Source: Catajapyx aquilonaris
Lineage: Eukaryota
Length of the DNA: 64,000 bases
Reading direction: 5' to 3'
NCBI GenBank assembly: GCA_000934665.2
Contig: JYFJ02001092.1
Location: 1-64,000, forward strand
How positions within the stretch are numbered: position 1 is the stretch's first letter; each line of letters begins with the position of its first letter. Below, piece by piece: positions 26,552 through 39,346 of this stretch. The notes under the pieces were generated by a model. The model was given only the letters and a program-made list of their open reading frames with translations, was not told the DNA's origin and searched no databases. Position numbers and translations under genes: made by a program.

Positions 26552-29500
26552 TTACGTGAGATGCTGTTGCTTCACGCGCATGGCTATAAAAGTAATCAAA
26601 AGAAACGCTAATGACCACGACATAGAGACCACAACTCCGGGCCACACGTCGGGATGGCCCATGTCCCACCCCCGAAGCATGACATTGCGAAGAGAATCTG
26701 TCGCTAACGTCGAAGGCATTATGCTGCTGCCAAAAGACATCGTGTTGGGCATGGCTTCCAGAGGCCACACAGCTCCTGCAAAATATGAGCAAAATTTAAC
26801 AACAACGCCACGTGGGCATGTAGCAAGTGCATGAAAATGGAACAGGTTTCCAGTGAATATAGGCATTTTGCAATTATCTCCCACCCCACTTGCTGGAGGC
26901 CGGATAAAAATGTTCATTTACGGCATTGCGACCCAAGGACGCAACTAGCAGTCACGCATAGTGCGAACTTACGTGCTCATAAAACAGGAATCAACACAGA
27001 TCAAGAGATAAATGAACAATAAACTTATGGGTGCAATGTGTCTCAAGGATATGTTCTGCTCAGCTAAATGGTGTAATAAATATTGGATGCAAAAAAATGA
27101 TTTGTTTGAAAATTTATATACTATTACGTATGTTGTGCTTGATTAGACTGTACTAATAACTTATATACATACCTCCCAAAATAAAGGCAGTGTAGAAAAA
27201 GGCCAGTAATATTTGCAGGAGAGTGTGCTCGTTTTCAGATATGGCGGACAAGCAGAAACCTGGAGCAGAAGAAGATCAATGAACATTGGCCATAATCGTG
27301 ACCCAGTACTGTTTCTTACCAAAGCAACTGCCACACAGTCCTTGCAAGAATATTATAAAGACAACAGAGAATAAATTGCCGTCGGATGGAATGTGGAACA
27401 CCAGAATAACCAGTATCAAAACCATGGTGGTTTGTATAGTCAAAATGACAAACTGAGTCAATAACAGACCAGCAACTATTTCAAAGGGATGTAATCCTGG
27501 AAGAAAAAGAGTTTCCATTAGAGAGCGCTCAATTCATTATTCTGGGCTGTTGGAAAGGTGTGCACTTCCTCTAGGAAGCCGACACTGTCCATCAACTGTG
27601 AGCGGAATATTTTCGTCCCACTGATAGTTAACTGCTAACTTAGCAGTAACTATCAATGAGACGAAAATTCCACCCTAGGGTTTTTGCCCTAGAAATGCAA
27701 TACGTCTAAATCGGAGAGAAAATGAGCACCTTTTCCATCACCCTGTATATCTGACATACTGATAAAATCCTTTACTTTCGCTGGGCGACAGAGAAATGCC
27801 CCTCTTACCTGATATTCCAATCCTATCCAACATTCCTTCCCGTCTGTCGATAATAAAGTACAGAACCGTAAAAAGGGAACTCATAAAGAACGCTATGCTG
27901 GAAACCAAACAAAAATTATTACAGACAGCCATTTACCATATGCATGCAGGAGACACGTGACATTAAATTGATGAAATAACGTACAGTATGATGATGCCAG
28001 GAGCAACAAAGTGCTGGAACACCGGATCCTCGGTCCCAAATATAGGTTCTTCAAACTAAAGCAAGATTATAGGAGCATTTTAGAAATCACACAATATGAG
28101 AAGGGATATAAGTAAAGCTATAAAGATCTCGGGTAATATAACTCACCACTACAGGCGTTTCGGCTCGAAGTTCTTCTATATCGCAATGCACCATCTTTCC
28201 TTTAATGTAGTGAAGGAATGTGAAAAGCAGATGCCTCTGCAGCATTAATGAAACACCTTGATCTGAAAAATATCGAAATATTCATTTAACTTAACAGACA
28301 ACAATGGTAAGGTTATGAAATGCAAATTAGTCATTAATTAATATATTAATATGCAAGTTGTTGCTTACTTTATGGCATTATACAGTGGAGAATGTGAGGT
28401 AGTGGATGTGAATGCACAATGAAACTCACTGCTACACTAAACTGTGGTAATTTCAACGCATGGCTAGGCGATCGTGATATGATAACTTGCATGCAAAATG
28501 TTTTTGGGCATCAATGATTTCAAAATATAATAAATATGCACAGTAAAAATATAACAGTTATAGTATCAATAAACAATGTCTTAGCCTACTAATGTTTATT
28601 TCGTAGTTTTGCGCGTATTATATTTAAGTCTCATGTTGTTTCGAACTTACTGCTCATGTCCAATCGAACTCGTACAAATGACCCTTCGAGTGTCATCTCA
28701 TCGGTAGTCCATCCTTGCATATTCTTCAATAAGAAATCGTCACTGAAGTTGGCTGGGAAATGGATCACCCCCCAAGCTCGGCCTATCTTGACAGCTTCCT
28801 CTGCCTCCGCTACGCTGGTATATGGTTTCTGCAACACACGTGGTAATTATCCATTTCGAAGAATCTCACGGTTTCACTTTTTTCCCACTAAATTGCTTAT
28901 ACGGCCGAATATTGTGTGCGCTTCGCCTCTCACGTTTACTGTTTGTCTGGAATTTCCAAAACTTCTTGACTCACCGCGTGGAAAAACACGATTCTGCGGA
29001 TGAATGTGTGATACTGGCATTGTACATAAATATGTGCGACCTCGACATTGACCCAAAATAAATATTCCCTCAGTCCAGCTATTGTGACATTGCATTAGAA
29101 ACACCAAACCATTTTGAAACACTGATGGTTACCATCCTATTCGTGATGGACATAAAATTTATTCATTCCAGTGAACTGAAGTTAACGAAACAGAGAGGCA
29201 CAATTTGTTGATAAAAGGATGTGAATGAGTGAAAATGAAGTAGAAATGAGACGAATGTCATGAATTTCAGTAACTGGGAAATTAATGGGAAATTGATAGA
29301 TATGAATCGAAACTACAAGTAAAATGAACGGAAGTGAACAGAAAAGTGGATAGTCTAAGCGTGTGCAACCATGTGAAAAGAGCAATATAAATTTATCTTT
29401 AAGTTAGTGGTGCCCATCTCTGCTTTTCATCCGGCACATGGGAACCAATGTGAAGGGAAGCTATAAGATTAGGGGATATAATTAGATGTGAGAGCCGGAT

Positions 29501-32500
29501 GTAAAACGTCATGCATCGGCAAAGATTTTCAGTAATTTATATGCAATTATTTATCAGATGCTGATGGGACTCGAAGTGTGAAAACGTGACAATAAGAAAA
29601 AAATATTGAGTAACTGAAAAGCGACTGTTATTCTTACGTCGCAATAATGCCCCTGATCATTGGCGAAAACACAAATTCTGAATATAACTCGAGGACATTC
29701 GGTGAGGAGAAAAGCAGGGATAGTATGTAAAGAGTGTAACTGGCCATGCCATATTTTCATCTACTGGAAGGATTTTTGTGTCACGTATTCGTTTAACATG
29801 TAAATCTGCACAAGTACTGTACTGTACTTGCGTCAATGAGAATATGCCCTATTGGTCGGTCACATATTCCAGCACCATTTGTATAGGCTTATATTGAATT
29901 AACAAAGATGAATCCGGGAAAGGTTTCCAAAAGTCAACTGTATTATATTGTCACAATATAACATATTATTAATTAAACAATTGTCATTTGAAATTGGCCA
30001 ACGACGTGAAGAGTAACTGCTAATATATGAATGCATTAATTTATAATAACCTTGAGTGACGTAAAAAAATCTGGCGCCACAGCAAACTTATCACAATGAT
30101 CTCTTACACGTACAGCACCATACCCTTCCATGTGTACTGTAAAGCGCCAATGTGAAAATAAACAAGGAAAAACGACACGATGTGCCCAGACATAAATGCG
30201 CAACATAAATGGAAGGAATTTAATTTCAACTAACCAAAACGACGACTTCAGGATTGAGTTCTCGCAAATATCCACAACTAAGGTTGACAAATGGACATCC
30301 TATGTAAGGTTGGCAAATCGGATCGGTAGGAAATTCTTCATTAACAACGCCCAGCTTAATTCCATGCGGAGTGCTTCCAATGGCTAATCCAAATAGTATA
30401 ATCTGCACTGCAGGAAGAGCCATCACAGTTAACATGTACCTGAGAGAAAGAGAAGGTATTTGTTATGCATTTCATGTATAGGCTATATACTTGTTTTCGA
30501 AAATTTCAAGGGTAACCACATATTTTGGCTCTCCTTTCTTTCATGCTCGTAAATGTCTCGTGTTTATATTATATTATTACGTCGCATTTTTTGCAGTATT
30601 GTTCTTACGTTATGTTATGCCTCAGGTATGTGAGATTCTTTCTGACGACTGCATCAATTCTCCACAATGACCGTAAGGCACGACTTTTAAGGGTAGGTGA
30701 ATATGGAGGTTTTTTGGCAGCCAATGCAGGTGGAAACAGTGTCCTAGGTGACAATCTAGGAACCTTCGATGAACTGATCGGAGCTTCAGAATTGACGAAT
30801 CCGCCATTGATCATTCCACCGTCGACCGTGACCGTCGGGCTTATTTCCCCATTGTCACTCCTTTTTGAGAAGGACAAGGCTACTACTGACGACCTCCTGG
30901 TAGGATCTCCATTCACATCAGGTTGTATCGCAGCCGAGGTTTTCTCATCGTCTTCTCCTTCTTCTTGTCGGACACACAGCATGAGAAAGACTTGCTCCAG
31001 GTTGGTAGCGTTGCGCTCTCGGAGTAGTGCTTCCGGTTCCTGCTCAGCCAAGAGGTGGCCGCCTCTCATAAGTGCAACCTACCCCCATTGTAAGGTGAAT
31101 AAGCGGAAATCAAGGATTTACATAACACCCTCCAGTTTAACACCCACATTTTGTGAAATGTATTATAGGGCACTAGAGCACGATTGCATTTTTTCAGCAC
31201 GTAATGTGAGAGAAAATGGAACGTGCGTAAAGGCCAAGTAAGGACCGATTGCATGACCAACGGTAAACCAAGGACAAGGTGGTGCAGTAGGATTTATTAC
31301 TTGTGATGGATTTACGATCAATCATGTAACAGGCCCTAAGTCTGATTTTGTTTGCTACTCATTGTCAGTTAATTGCATATGACGTTATGTAATCGTGCCG
31401 CAGAAGAGTCCTAATCAGCTTATGTAAAAAATAATAATAGGCGTAGCAATAAAGTTAATAAACTACTTTCAAAATAATAATCCCATCATTACAGCTGTAA
31501 TTACCGAAAGAAAGATATACTATGACATCTGTATAATAGTCTTTATCGGTCTGTTGCATTCCACAATTTTTTTTATTATTACGCATTGGTTAGAAAACTT
31601 CAAAGCAATCGTTTTAATTGTGTGACCTTGAAAATGAGGCTCTCTACTGCACCCTAAGTTCAAAAACGGAGTGGGGAAAAACTCGCACGCGAATAATAAT
31701 GCAAGAAATGCTCAAATTATTCAACTTTCTCTTCCCTGTGCTGGTGCGAGAAATACCCTCCAACAAATCCTTGGTTTATAATGTGGTCACGTGCAGAAAG
31801 ACGAAACTCATCTTTTGCCCGAATTTTTCCATTCCGCGCATTTCTTTCATATCCATCGTGTTATTTTTTAAAAAAAAAGTTTCGTTTTTATTACCTTGAC
31901 ACCAAACGGTGTTTACAAGGCTCATTGCAGCGAGCCTTTAATTAGTTCCTTCGTGTGAATGGATATGACGAAAATAGGTAATTAAAAACATACCGTATGA
32001 GCCAAGCGAGCTTCTTCAATATAATGGGTGGTGATGACCACAGTGGCACCGCCCCTGCAAAGGTCACCCAAGTGTTTCCACACATTCTGCCTCAAAAGGG
32101 GATCCACCCCAACTGTTGGTTCATCCAAGATCAGGAGTTCAGGCTCATGAAGAAGGGCGACCAAGAAGGAAGCTCTCCTCTGCTGTCCTCCACTAAATAT
32201 TTTAAATTAATAAATATAACGTCAAATCAATTGAAAGAAACATTTTTTGAAGAGCTGAACATAATGTCTGGTCTCCATGTGTAGCATACCTGAGCTGGTT
32301 GATAGGCCTCGTTTCTGTTGGTAACCTGAGGAGCACCATAAGCGTGTGCATCCTCCGGTCGATGTCCTGTGTAGACATGGCGTGGACTCGGCCGAAGAAG
32401 TGGCACATTTCGGATAAGGAGCATTCTGGGTACAGGGCGATCTCCTGAGGCATGTACCCGACCCGTGTCCCGGGAACCCCGGCCTCGGGTGTCCCCGGCT

Positions 32501-35500
32501 GGTGACCCCAAACCAATACTTCACCATTGTCAAGTTTCCTGCGGCCCACAATGCAAGACAGGAGAGTCGTCTTGCCACATCCACTGGCTCCCAACAGGGC
32601 ATATCTGGGTATAAACAATTTTACTGTATAAGTACGACTTTGTAAATGCATATTCGGGTTGCTGTACACTTGTACAGTGTAAAATTCTTGAAGCAATGAA
32701 AATAACATTTTTCATTATTGAGCAAGTTCCTACAATACCATTCAAATATGTACAAGTAGAGGAACTTGTCATATATTGCTTCCATTCCATCACGTAATTA
32801 TGATCAAGCAAATCCAGCCTGCTTTGTCATACTATTTTTAAAAACCACGACTCACATATACGAGTAAACCACAGAAATTTAAATTTTTTAGCATTTCAGT
32901 TCTCACGATTACGTTGCTTAAATTAGAAGCTTACTCTCAAATATGTAAGATGAATATCAGCAACAGGTTTTTGGTTCTGGTTGATACCAGTTCATGCGTG
33001 GGCAACTTTGCATTGCTCTTCAAGGTCTCAAGTGTCCGGACCGGACGTAATATTCTCGCTAAAAATACCTGGAACCGCATAGTACCTTTTGAAATTCGCC
33101 TAAATTGAAAGTTGCACGTCTAATCTAAGAGGTGTAATATCCGATTTATAACTGCGATTTGTTGCAAGGGAGTAATTAGTGGAGAGGAAATGATATTACT
33201 CGGTGAGCCTTGCAAGATGAACTTCACATATGGAGATCGTCGGTGACAACATTTTGATCCTACATTTAATTAAAGAAACATTCAGTCCAAATCGTTCCAT
33301 GCGCACAAGTCCCATTTACATGAAATGAAAGGTTGTAATGCCCTTCACATTTCACGGAATAACACCTGATTGCCTAGTCTTGATTGAAGGTTAGGTGTAC
33401 ATGAAGGCCAGTCACTGTGGCCATCCACTTCAGATACCCCAACCAAGCCCCGTATGAGATATTCGTATCCCCTCAAGGAAATAAAATATCCGATGTGACA
33501 CTGTGACACCATGCAATGTAACAGTAGGAAATTCAATAATTTCCCCTCAGATATCCTCAGGTGTTCTGTAGAACTGCAGGAGGCACGTGAATCATTTAGG
33601 ACAAACTCTAAATTTGCATATTGCGGAATTAAGCACGATACAGTATATTGTATCAAGAGATTTTATACACATAAATGAAAAATCATCATGCATCAAACTG
33701 AAAATAAATTAGGGGGGGAGGGAGGGAGGGAGGGGGAGGTTGAACCAGATTTGCATGTCTTAAAAGAACGGACGGGAACAATTAGTTCATATTCGAGCTG
33801 CACAAAATAATGTGAGTTAAATAACCGTGTTACGTTCTTACTCCAGTGCATAATATATTATTCCGAATTGATTTAGCAAAGGGTTTTCAAACGATATATT
33901 TGAATGACCATTTGCTGCAGTTTGATGTTTCACTGCGTTTCCCTTTTTTCCATGTGTGCAATTTTACGATCAATTAAATGAAGAGTAAGTACAATATAAC
34001 GGTTTGGTGACGATAATAATACTGCATAAGGATTGTGGATCGGATCACTGAACTCATCATCTCAAGATATGATGTAAGCTACAGAAATACTGCAGTATAG
34101 ATACAGTGGTTCACACAATAAAATCTGTACATCCAGTGGTATATATGAGATCCTCCCTGGAGGCAAGTATAGAGATCATAAAAAAGGAAACTTCAGTGCT
34201 TGGAAGTGTGCTTTGGCATACTGTACCTGTAATGACTCAGATGTTGCACATTTCATAATAGAGTGCTCACATAAATGCGACCTTGTCTACAGGTTTCGCA
34301 AGTTGTGGAGCAGTGCCATATTAAGTGCTGGATTTGGGTCCATTGCTGAGATATGCATAATTATTATACTAGCAGCTAGTATAATAATTATGCATATCTG
34401 CTGCATATCATCTGCTGCATAACATGACATTCAAATTCCAGTGAGGCTCCAATGCCAAAAGTCCGGTGAATGTAGTTTACAACCTGAATGCTTGTTATAC
34501 TGCTCATCTCAATTACTTAGCATTGCATAAAGATTGCTTTATAATACAGCGCTCGGCGTAATGGTGTAATTGCGAATGTCACAGACTTTTCACCTAATGA
34601 AGTCCCGCGTTCAATACCGGATTGGGTAAAGACATTTCTCACGTGGAAACGATTTAAATGGGTTATCTCCATTTTCGCGTCAGTTTTCTCGGGGAACTCA
34701 CGTTTCTTTCCGCAATCAAAATCCATCAACAATGCAGGCATTGAACGTATGTCTGGTCAATAAAAGGTCTCCTAAAAATATACAGGATAGTCCATGATAA
34801 TTATATCCTGTATTGTTTCATACATTTTTTGCAGCCAGTTCATAATTATTACAGAATAGTCAACCAGTATATTATGTACTTATATGCGGTATGCGTGCCT
34901 AATAAGTACTAAGTTGCTAGCCTGAAGGGGAGGGCGTATATATGCGACACAAAAAATTATAATGACACAGCACCATTACTACTGCATACTGCTTAATTCC
35001 AGAAAAAGTCCACTTACAAAAATCCCAGGATGAGATGCTGTCACCTCCGGGAAAGTATTTAATCAGATAATTATTTAAATGGTTTCTGACTAATCTGGTT
35101 GGTTTGGCAGCCTCTAGACTATCATATAACACGTTAATTTCAAGGTCGTATATAATATGCGCGTCTATAAAAGCTATTATCTTTATAATATTCGAGACAG
35201 GGATCGGGTTGCACGCACATTTCACGCAATCCTTCCTGGTACTTACTAATTACGGAGTGCATTAAAACTTGCCTTGTAAAAACGCCCGTAAAAAACTCAT
35301 CTTCACTAAAATTGTATAATAAATAATTAGTGTAACATAAAAAAACTTGATAGCATGATCGGAAGAACAATGTGTTAAGTTAACCAATGCAGTATAACCG
35401 AGTACGTCATTACATTGCCATAATTAAGGATTACACGAACTCGTAATTTTAAAACATACCGGGTACAACTCTATAAGTACATGAGTCTGCTAAAAATCTG

Positions 35501-36705
35501 CGGGGAAGAAGAAACTCTCGGATTAACAATTCAGTCGTGAGTTTCATGTGTTACATGCTCGGCAACTATAATCTTTTCTAATAATGCTGATGCAACCAGC
35601 TGATATTGAATATCGCATCCGGAAAAGTACTGTATAATTTCCCNCCCCCCCCCCCCTTTTTGCTATATAACTTCTGGTTCTTTTCTTGTGATTCCGTATA
35701 GTAGACAATAGCATTACTTTCTTGTTTTGGCGCGCAGATGCGTGAGAATCTCGCGATCCTTATTTCTCCTCGGAGAAAATCTGACGTGAAACTTTTTCGG
35801 CCTTATCTGCACCATTAGTAAATTGGCATTGTTTTTATTCAGGTAGAAGCTACCAGAACAGACACGTCTTCTTGCTCTTAGCCTTCATGTTCAGTACTTC
35901 TTTTATTGTACAAAATTGATGTGCAGCTGCTTAGTCAACATATGATCAACTAGTTATTATTTCTAGGAGGATGTCTTGAATCTAGCTGATCATTTACATG
36001 CCCGNACCAGGTCGCAATGATTGCTGCACCCCCCCCCCCCCAAAAAAAAGTCGCTTGTCTTCTTTTTTTGTACTGCCTCTTAAGTCATTGACCGAAAGTG
36101 CAAGTCTATCCTGCAAGGTATGTTGTAAGAACTGGAACCTTATATACTCAAATTCTATTATTACGTTAAAAAGATGCAGGCTGCTTGTGTGAAGCAATAA
36201 ACTATAGTTATGGATAACGCACATTATTTTACCTTTATTAGTGCATTTTTATTTATAAGGACTATAAAATGCAGATTCGACAACTTCCTTGAGCAGAACT
36301 GGTTCAGTATAGGATCTCGCAGCTATAAACATTTTTGCTGAATCGTACTTCTGACATTTTCCTGGTCTGCACGCGCCACTATAATCCTCACACGTGAGTT
36401 AACGGTTGTATTATGTAAATATTTTTTATCATCATATCTGATTAGAATTGTCGTTCTCAAATATTTAATCAAATATAATATGTCCTACTAATATAAACTC
36501 TGCATATAAAATATAACGCAAAAAAATCTGACTCATAAGGGTATTACCCCTATCCAGTGGAAAAAAGAGTGACTCACATGGTCCCAAGAGGAACCGTCAT
36601 GTTAAGTCCCTTGAGGACATGGACAGCTCCTGTTCCTCTCCCATAGGTCTTGAAGGCATTTCGGACGCTGATGGCCGCAGCACGCGGAGCCACCCAACCG
36701 TCCAT
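26552..36705 (-). CDS. ABC transporter subfamily H half-transporter, paralogue B, ~752 aa, 12 coding exons
   Basis: Minus-strand exons 36705-36578, 32604-32290, 32192-31994, 31078-30609, 30439-30235, 28828-28651, 28262-28147, 28055-27985, 27897-27809, 27496-27320, 27259-27173, 26775-26552 in phase (2259 nt). [47 protein letters not shown] and GAVWPLEAMP present. The start ATG (MDGWVAPR) is the first in-frame ATG after an upstream stop. Confidence 0.92.
27604..27671. repeat. ~68-bp near-perfect palindrome (probable miniature fold-back element) in an ABCH-B intron
   Basis: GGAATATTTTCGTCCCACTGATAGTTAACTGCTAA pairs with TTAGCAGTAACTATCAATGAGACGAAAATTCC with a few mismatches and essentially no loop. 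Confidence 0.7.
34550..34745 (+). mobile_element. Degenerate tRNA-derived SINE fragment (second family)
   Basis: Box A-like TGGTGTAATTG (~34562), box B-like GTTCAATACC (~34608), followed by GTTTTCTCGGGGAACTCACGTTTCTTTCC, which resembles the GGTTTTCTCCGGGTACTCCGGTTTCCTCC block of many metazoan SINE central domains. A possible reverse-orientation relative lies at ~39445-39580. Confidence 0.45.
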
Positions 36706-37616
36706 CCTGCACTGATTCCTTCCGTCCACTTTCCCTCCTCGGTCACTACTGTACGGCGCGGCACACACCTCCTAAGTCCTAACCTTGCACCCACCCGCTC
36801 AAGCAAGCAGACACGGTCCACAGCACAGCGGAGCTTCTTCTCCTAATGGACCACACCACCCGCCACCTTACTCTTCTGCCAAGGTCCTTCTGACTCCGGC
36901 CATTGACGTCATATTCCCACCACGCATGGAAAAGACCAATGGAAACGGATCTGACCCTCTACCTCTATACCTACCACCCTACCCCCTTCCCGCACACGGA
37001 TTTTCAGCAAGGATTTTCCGCCCTTTTCTTCTTTCTTGTAAAATACTATAATCACATTCTACATGTATCGTCTCGGCGTAAATGCACTGTTTATATGTAT
37101 AAATATGGGAGCGAAATGGTTCCTAATTGCGTTGTTGTTCGGAGTGATGCAAGGGTTTTCCAACTTCTTGAGAATGGGTCTGGACAAAGATTGGCGAACT
37201 ATTAGCGTCTGGCATGGGAATATTTTCCACTGAGATAAACATGTGGCTATATCTGCCTGTATGATATATGGTAGCTGTGATTATACATACAGATAGCGCA
37301 ATTATAATCCCATTGGTAGGCTATTACAAAAGTTACCTTCGGTGCATTAAAATTGCTTTATCATATTAACTCTTTCATGTCAAGAGAGCTCTGTAATATT
37401 ATTAGTTACCACCTTATTCATAAGCTATTGATGGTTATAGATTACATGAAAAAGTGTTATATCTACAAACAAATAAATATTGATGGGAATGAACTGCCGC
37501 ATATGTTGTCCTTCCTCGGATCAGACCATTTTAAGAACCACTGAAGTGATGGGGGAGAGAGTTCTAACAGTGTATCAGTCTCATATTCTCTCCCGTCTGG
37601 TTTAGGACCTATAATA

Positions 37617-37967
37617 ATAATTAATAATAATACGTATATAATAATATCCAGGAAGTGCCAGACCTCATTCGAGGTATGCAGCATGGACCTTTATTATACC
37701 GTGTAGTACTATACAGTACAAAGCTGGAACCTTTTTATGAAGCGCCAGGGCCCACGGACAGGGTGACTGGGAGGGGATGTGCAATGTGCAGTGCAATGTC
37801 TCAATAGGTCCCGGGTGGATTAGTCTATCGGAGATTTCACCCGAGACGAAGCCAGAGACGACCCAACTCTGCAAGAGATAAAGGGGGGAGACCCCGGGCT
37901 GGGATCGAACCCGGGACTCTTCCATCCCTGGGTGCATACGTTACCGCAGCGCAACTTCACCTCCCCT
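37617..37967 (-). mobile_element. tRNA-derived SINE, copy 1
   Basis: The minus strand starts GGGGAGGTGAAGTTGCGCTGCGGTAAC and contains box B GGTTCGATCCC. The body is collinear with 38573-38825 and there is an AT-rich tail. Flanked by a 17-bp near-direct repeat GTTTAGGAC(C/A)TATAATA at 37600-37616 and 37968-37984 (candidate TSD). Confidence 0.75.
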
Positions 37968-38271
37968 GTTTAGGACATATAATATAATGCGCAATATTGT
38001 CTTCTTGTATAATATCATTAAGGCTTAAGCATTTTGTCATGTATTGATTTACATCATATCTTTGATTCTGTGTCGATTCTTTTTCCTGCTTCAAAACTAG
38101 TTTTCTTTGTTTACCTATCACACCATATTATGCGTGACAATTGACGTTATAATTGCATAACTAATGCATGTTTCTATTGCGTGGAGATGAATGGCTCTCT
38201 CAAGTCACAATGGGGAATTCCACTGCCACGTGAAGAAAACATCGCCTTTATACTATAATATCTTATCATCA

Positions 38272-39346
38272 TCTCTTCTCTATATCTATAAATAAGGAAG
38301 CTTGATTGTTAGTTTGTGAGTTTGGATGTTTGTCCCTTATAGAAATCCAGGGGAAGGCCCCTACACCGCCTTAAATTAGCATATCGGGGGTTACTTTTTC
38401 CAAGGAATCTAACGCCGCATGTTTCAGCTTCCGAAAATGTACCTAACTCCCACAACACGCATATTCCTGCCTCAACAATTAGCTTACATCAATAACAATA
38501 AATCAATTTGCATTCCCATGGAAATGCCTCTCCTTTTTTTAGCTATTTACCTCCCTGCATCGTACCGCAGGTTGGAACCTTTATTTCGTATTGATGGAAC
38601 CTTTTTGACGTAGCGCCCGGGCCCACGGGCAGGCTGTTGGGAGGGGATGTGCAAGGTGCAAGTGCAATTCTCAAACGGTACATTTTGTGAACTCCCCGGG
38701 TGGATTAGTCTGAGGAGATTCCACCCGAAACGAAGCCAGAGACGACCCAACTCTGCACGGGATGAAGGACGGGACCCCGGGCTGGGATCGAACCCGACGT
38801 TTCCGCAGCGCCACTTTGTCTCCCCTAGGAAATGCCCTTATGCCACAATACCTAGCAAATTAAACCATCTCCGTAAATTCAGCGCATCCACCAATTACGC
38901 TAATTGGCCACCTCACGTGACTTCGTATCTTATGGTAATTCCGGGATTTTGTGGGATTTGAAAGTAGACTTCCAGACAAAGTAAATACAATTATTAAATA
39001 ATACAGTATTTGCAAAATATTACTCCGTGTTGAAAACAAAATTTCCCATCATACATCTGTACGTACATTTCTAAAGTTCTTCAGAGCAAACATATGGAAC
39101 GAGGTGGGGGTGTGAAGTGGGGTTGGGGGGGGGGGGGGTCAAGGGGTCAAAAATGCAGGGGGAAAAACACATGGCTGTGCAGTCTTTTCCTGGGCCAACT
39201 CCATCCGCATTCCTCTTTTTACACATCCAATCAGAATATCCGTGTCGACTGTACGCTCTAAGACAAGCAAGTAATCTATCACAGATATGTACCCCTATCT
39301 TTACCAGCACCCCAACATACCCGGGCAACGCCGGGTAACCTGCTAG
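38272..39346 (+). mobile_element. Non-autonomous Helitron-like element containing a nested SINE
   Basis: 5' A|TC...TCTATATCTATAAATAAGG followed by a TGTT-rich stretch; 3' hairpin TACCCGG-GCAACG-CCGGGTA (39318-39337) just before terminal CTAG|T (39343-39347); no TSD. The exact 5' end is uncertain (38272 or 38285). Confidence 0.65.
38529..38827 (-). mobile_element. tRNA-derived SINE, copy 2 (deletion between box A and box B)
   Basis: Minus strand GGGGAGACAAAGTGGCGCTGCGGAAACGTCGGGTTCGATCCC; shares GGGCCCACGG, GAGGGGATGTGCAA, GGGTGGATTAGTCT and GAAGCCAGAGACGACCCAACTCTGCA with copy 1. Candidate TSD GGAAATGCC at 38520-38528 and 38828-38836. Confidence 0.72.

Noticed and set aside
30525..31241. 238-aa plus-strand ORF
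   Set aside because: Antisense shadow of the ABCH-B linker exon; no motifs.
8486..36705. P5CS plus two ABCH genes as a 'desiccation-tolerance cluster'
   Set aside because: An attractive story (proline osmolyte plus cuticular lipid export), but adjacency alone is no evidence; it needs conserved synteny and co-regulation.
37930..37966. tRNA-like A/B boxes as a possible tRNA gene
   Set aside because: No complete cloverleaf; the sequence continues into a repeated body with tail and TSD, so it is a SINE head.
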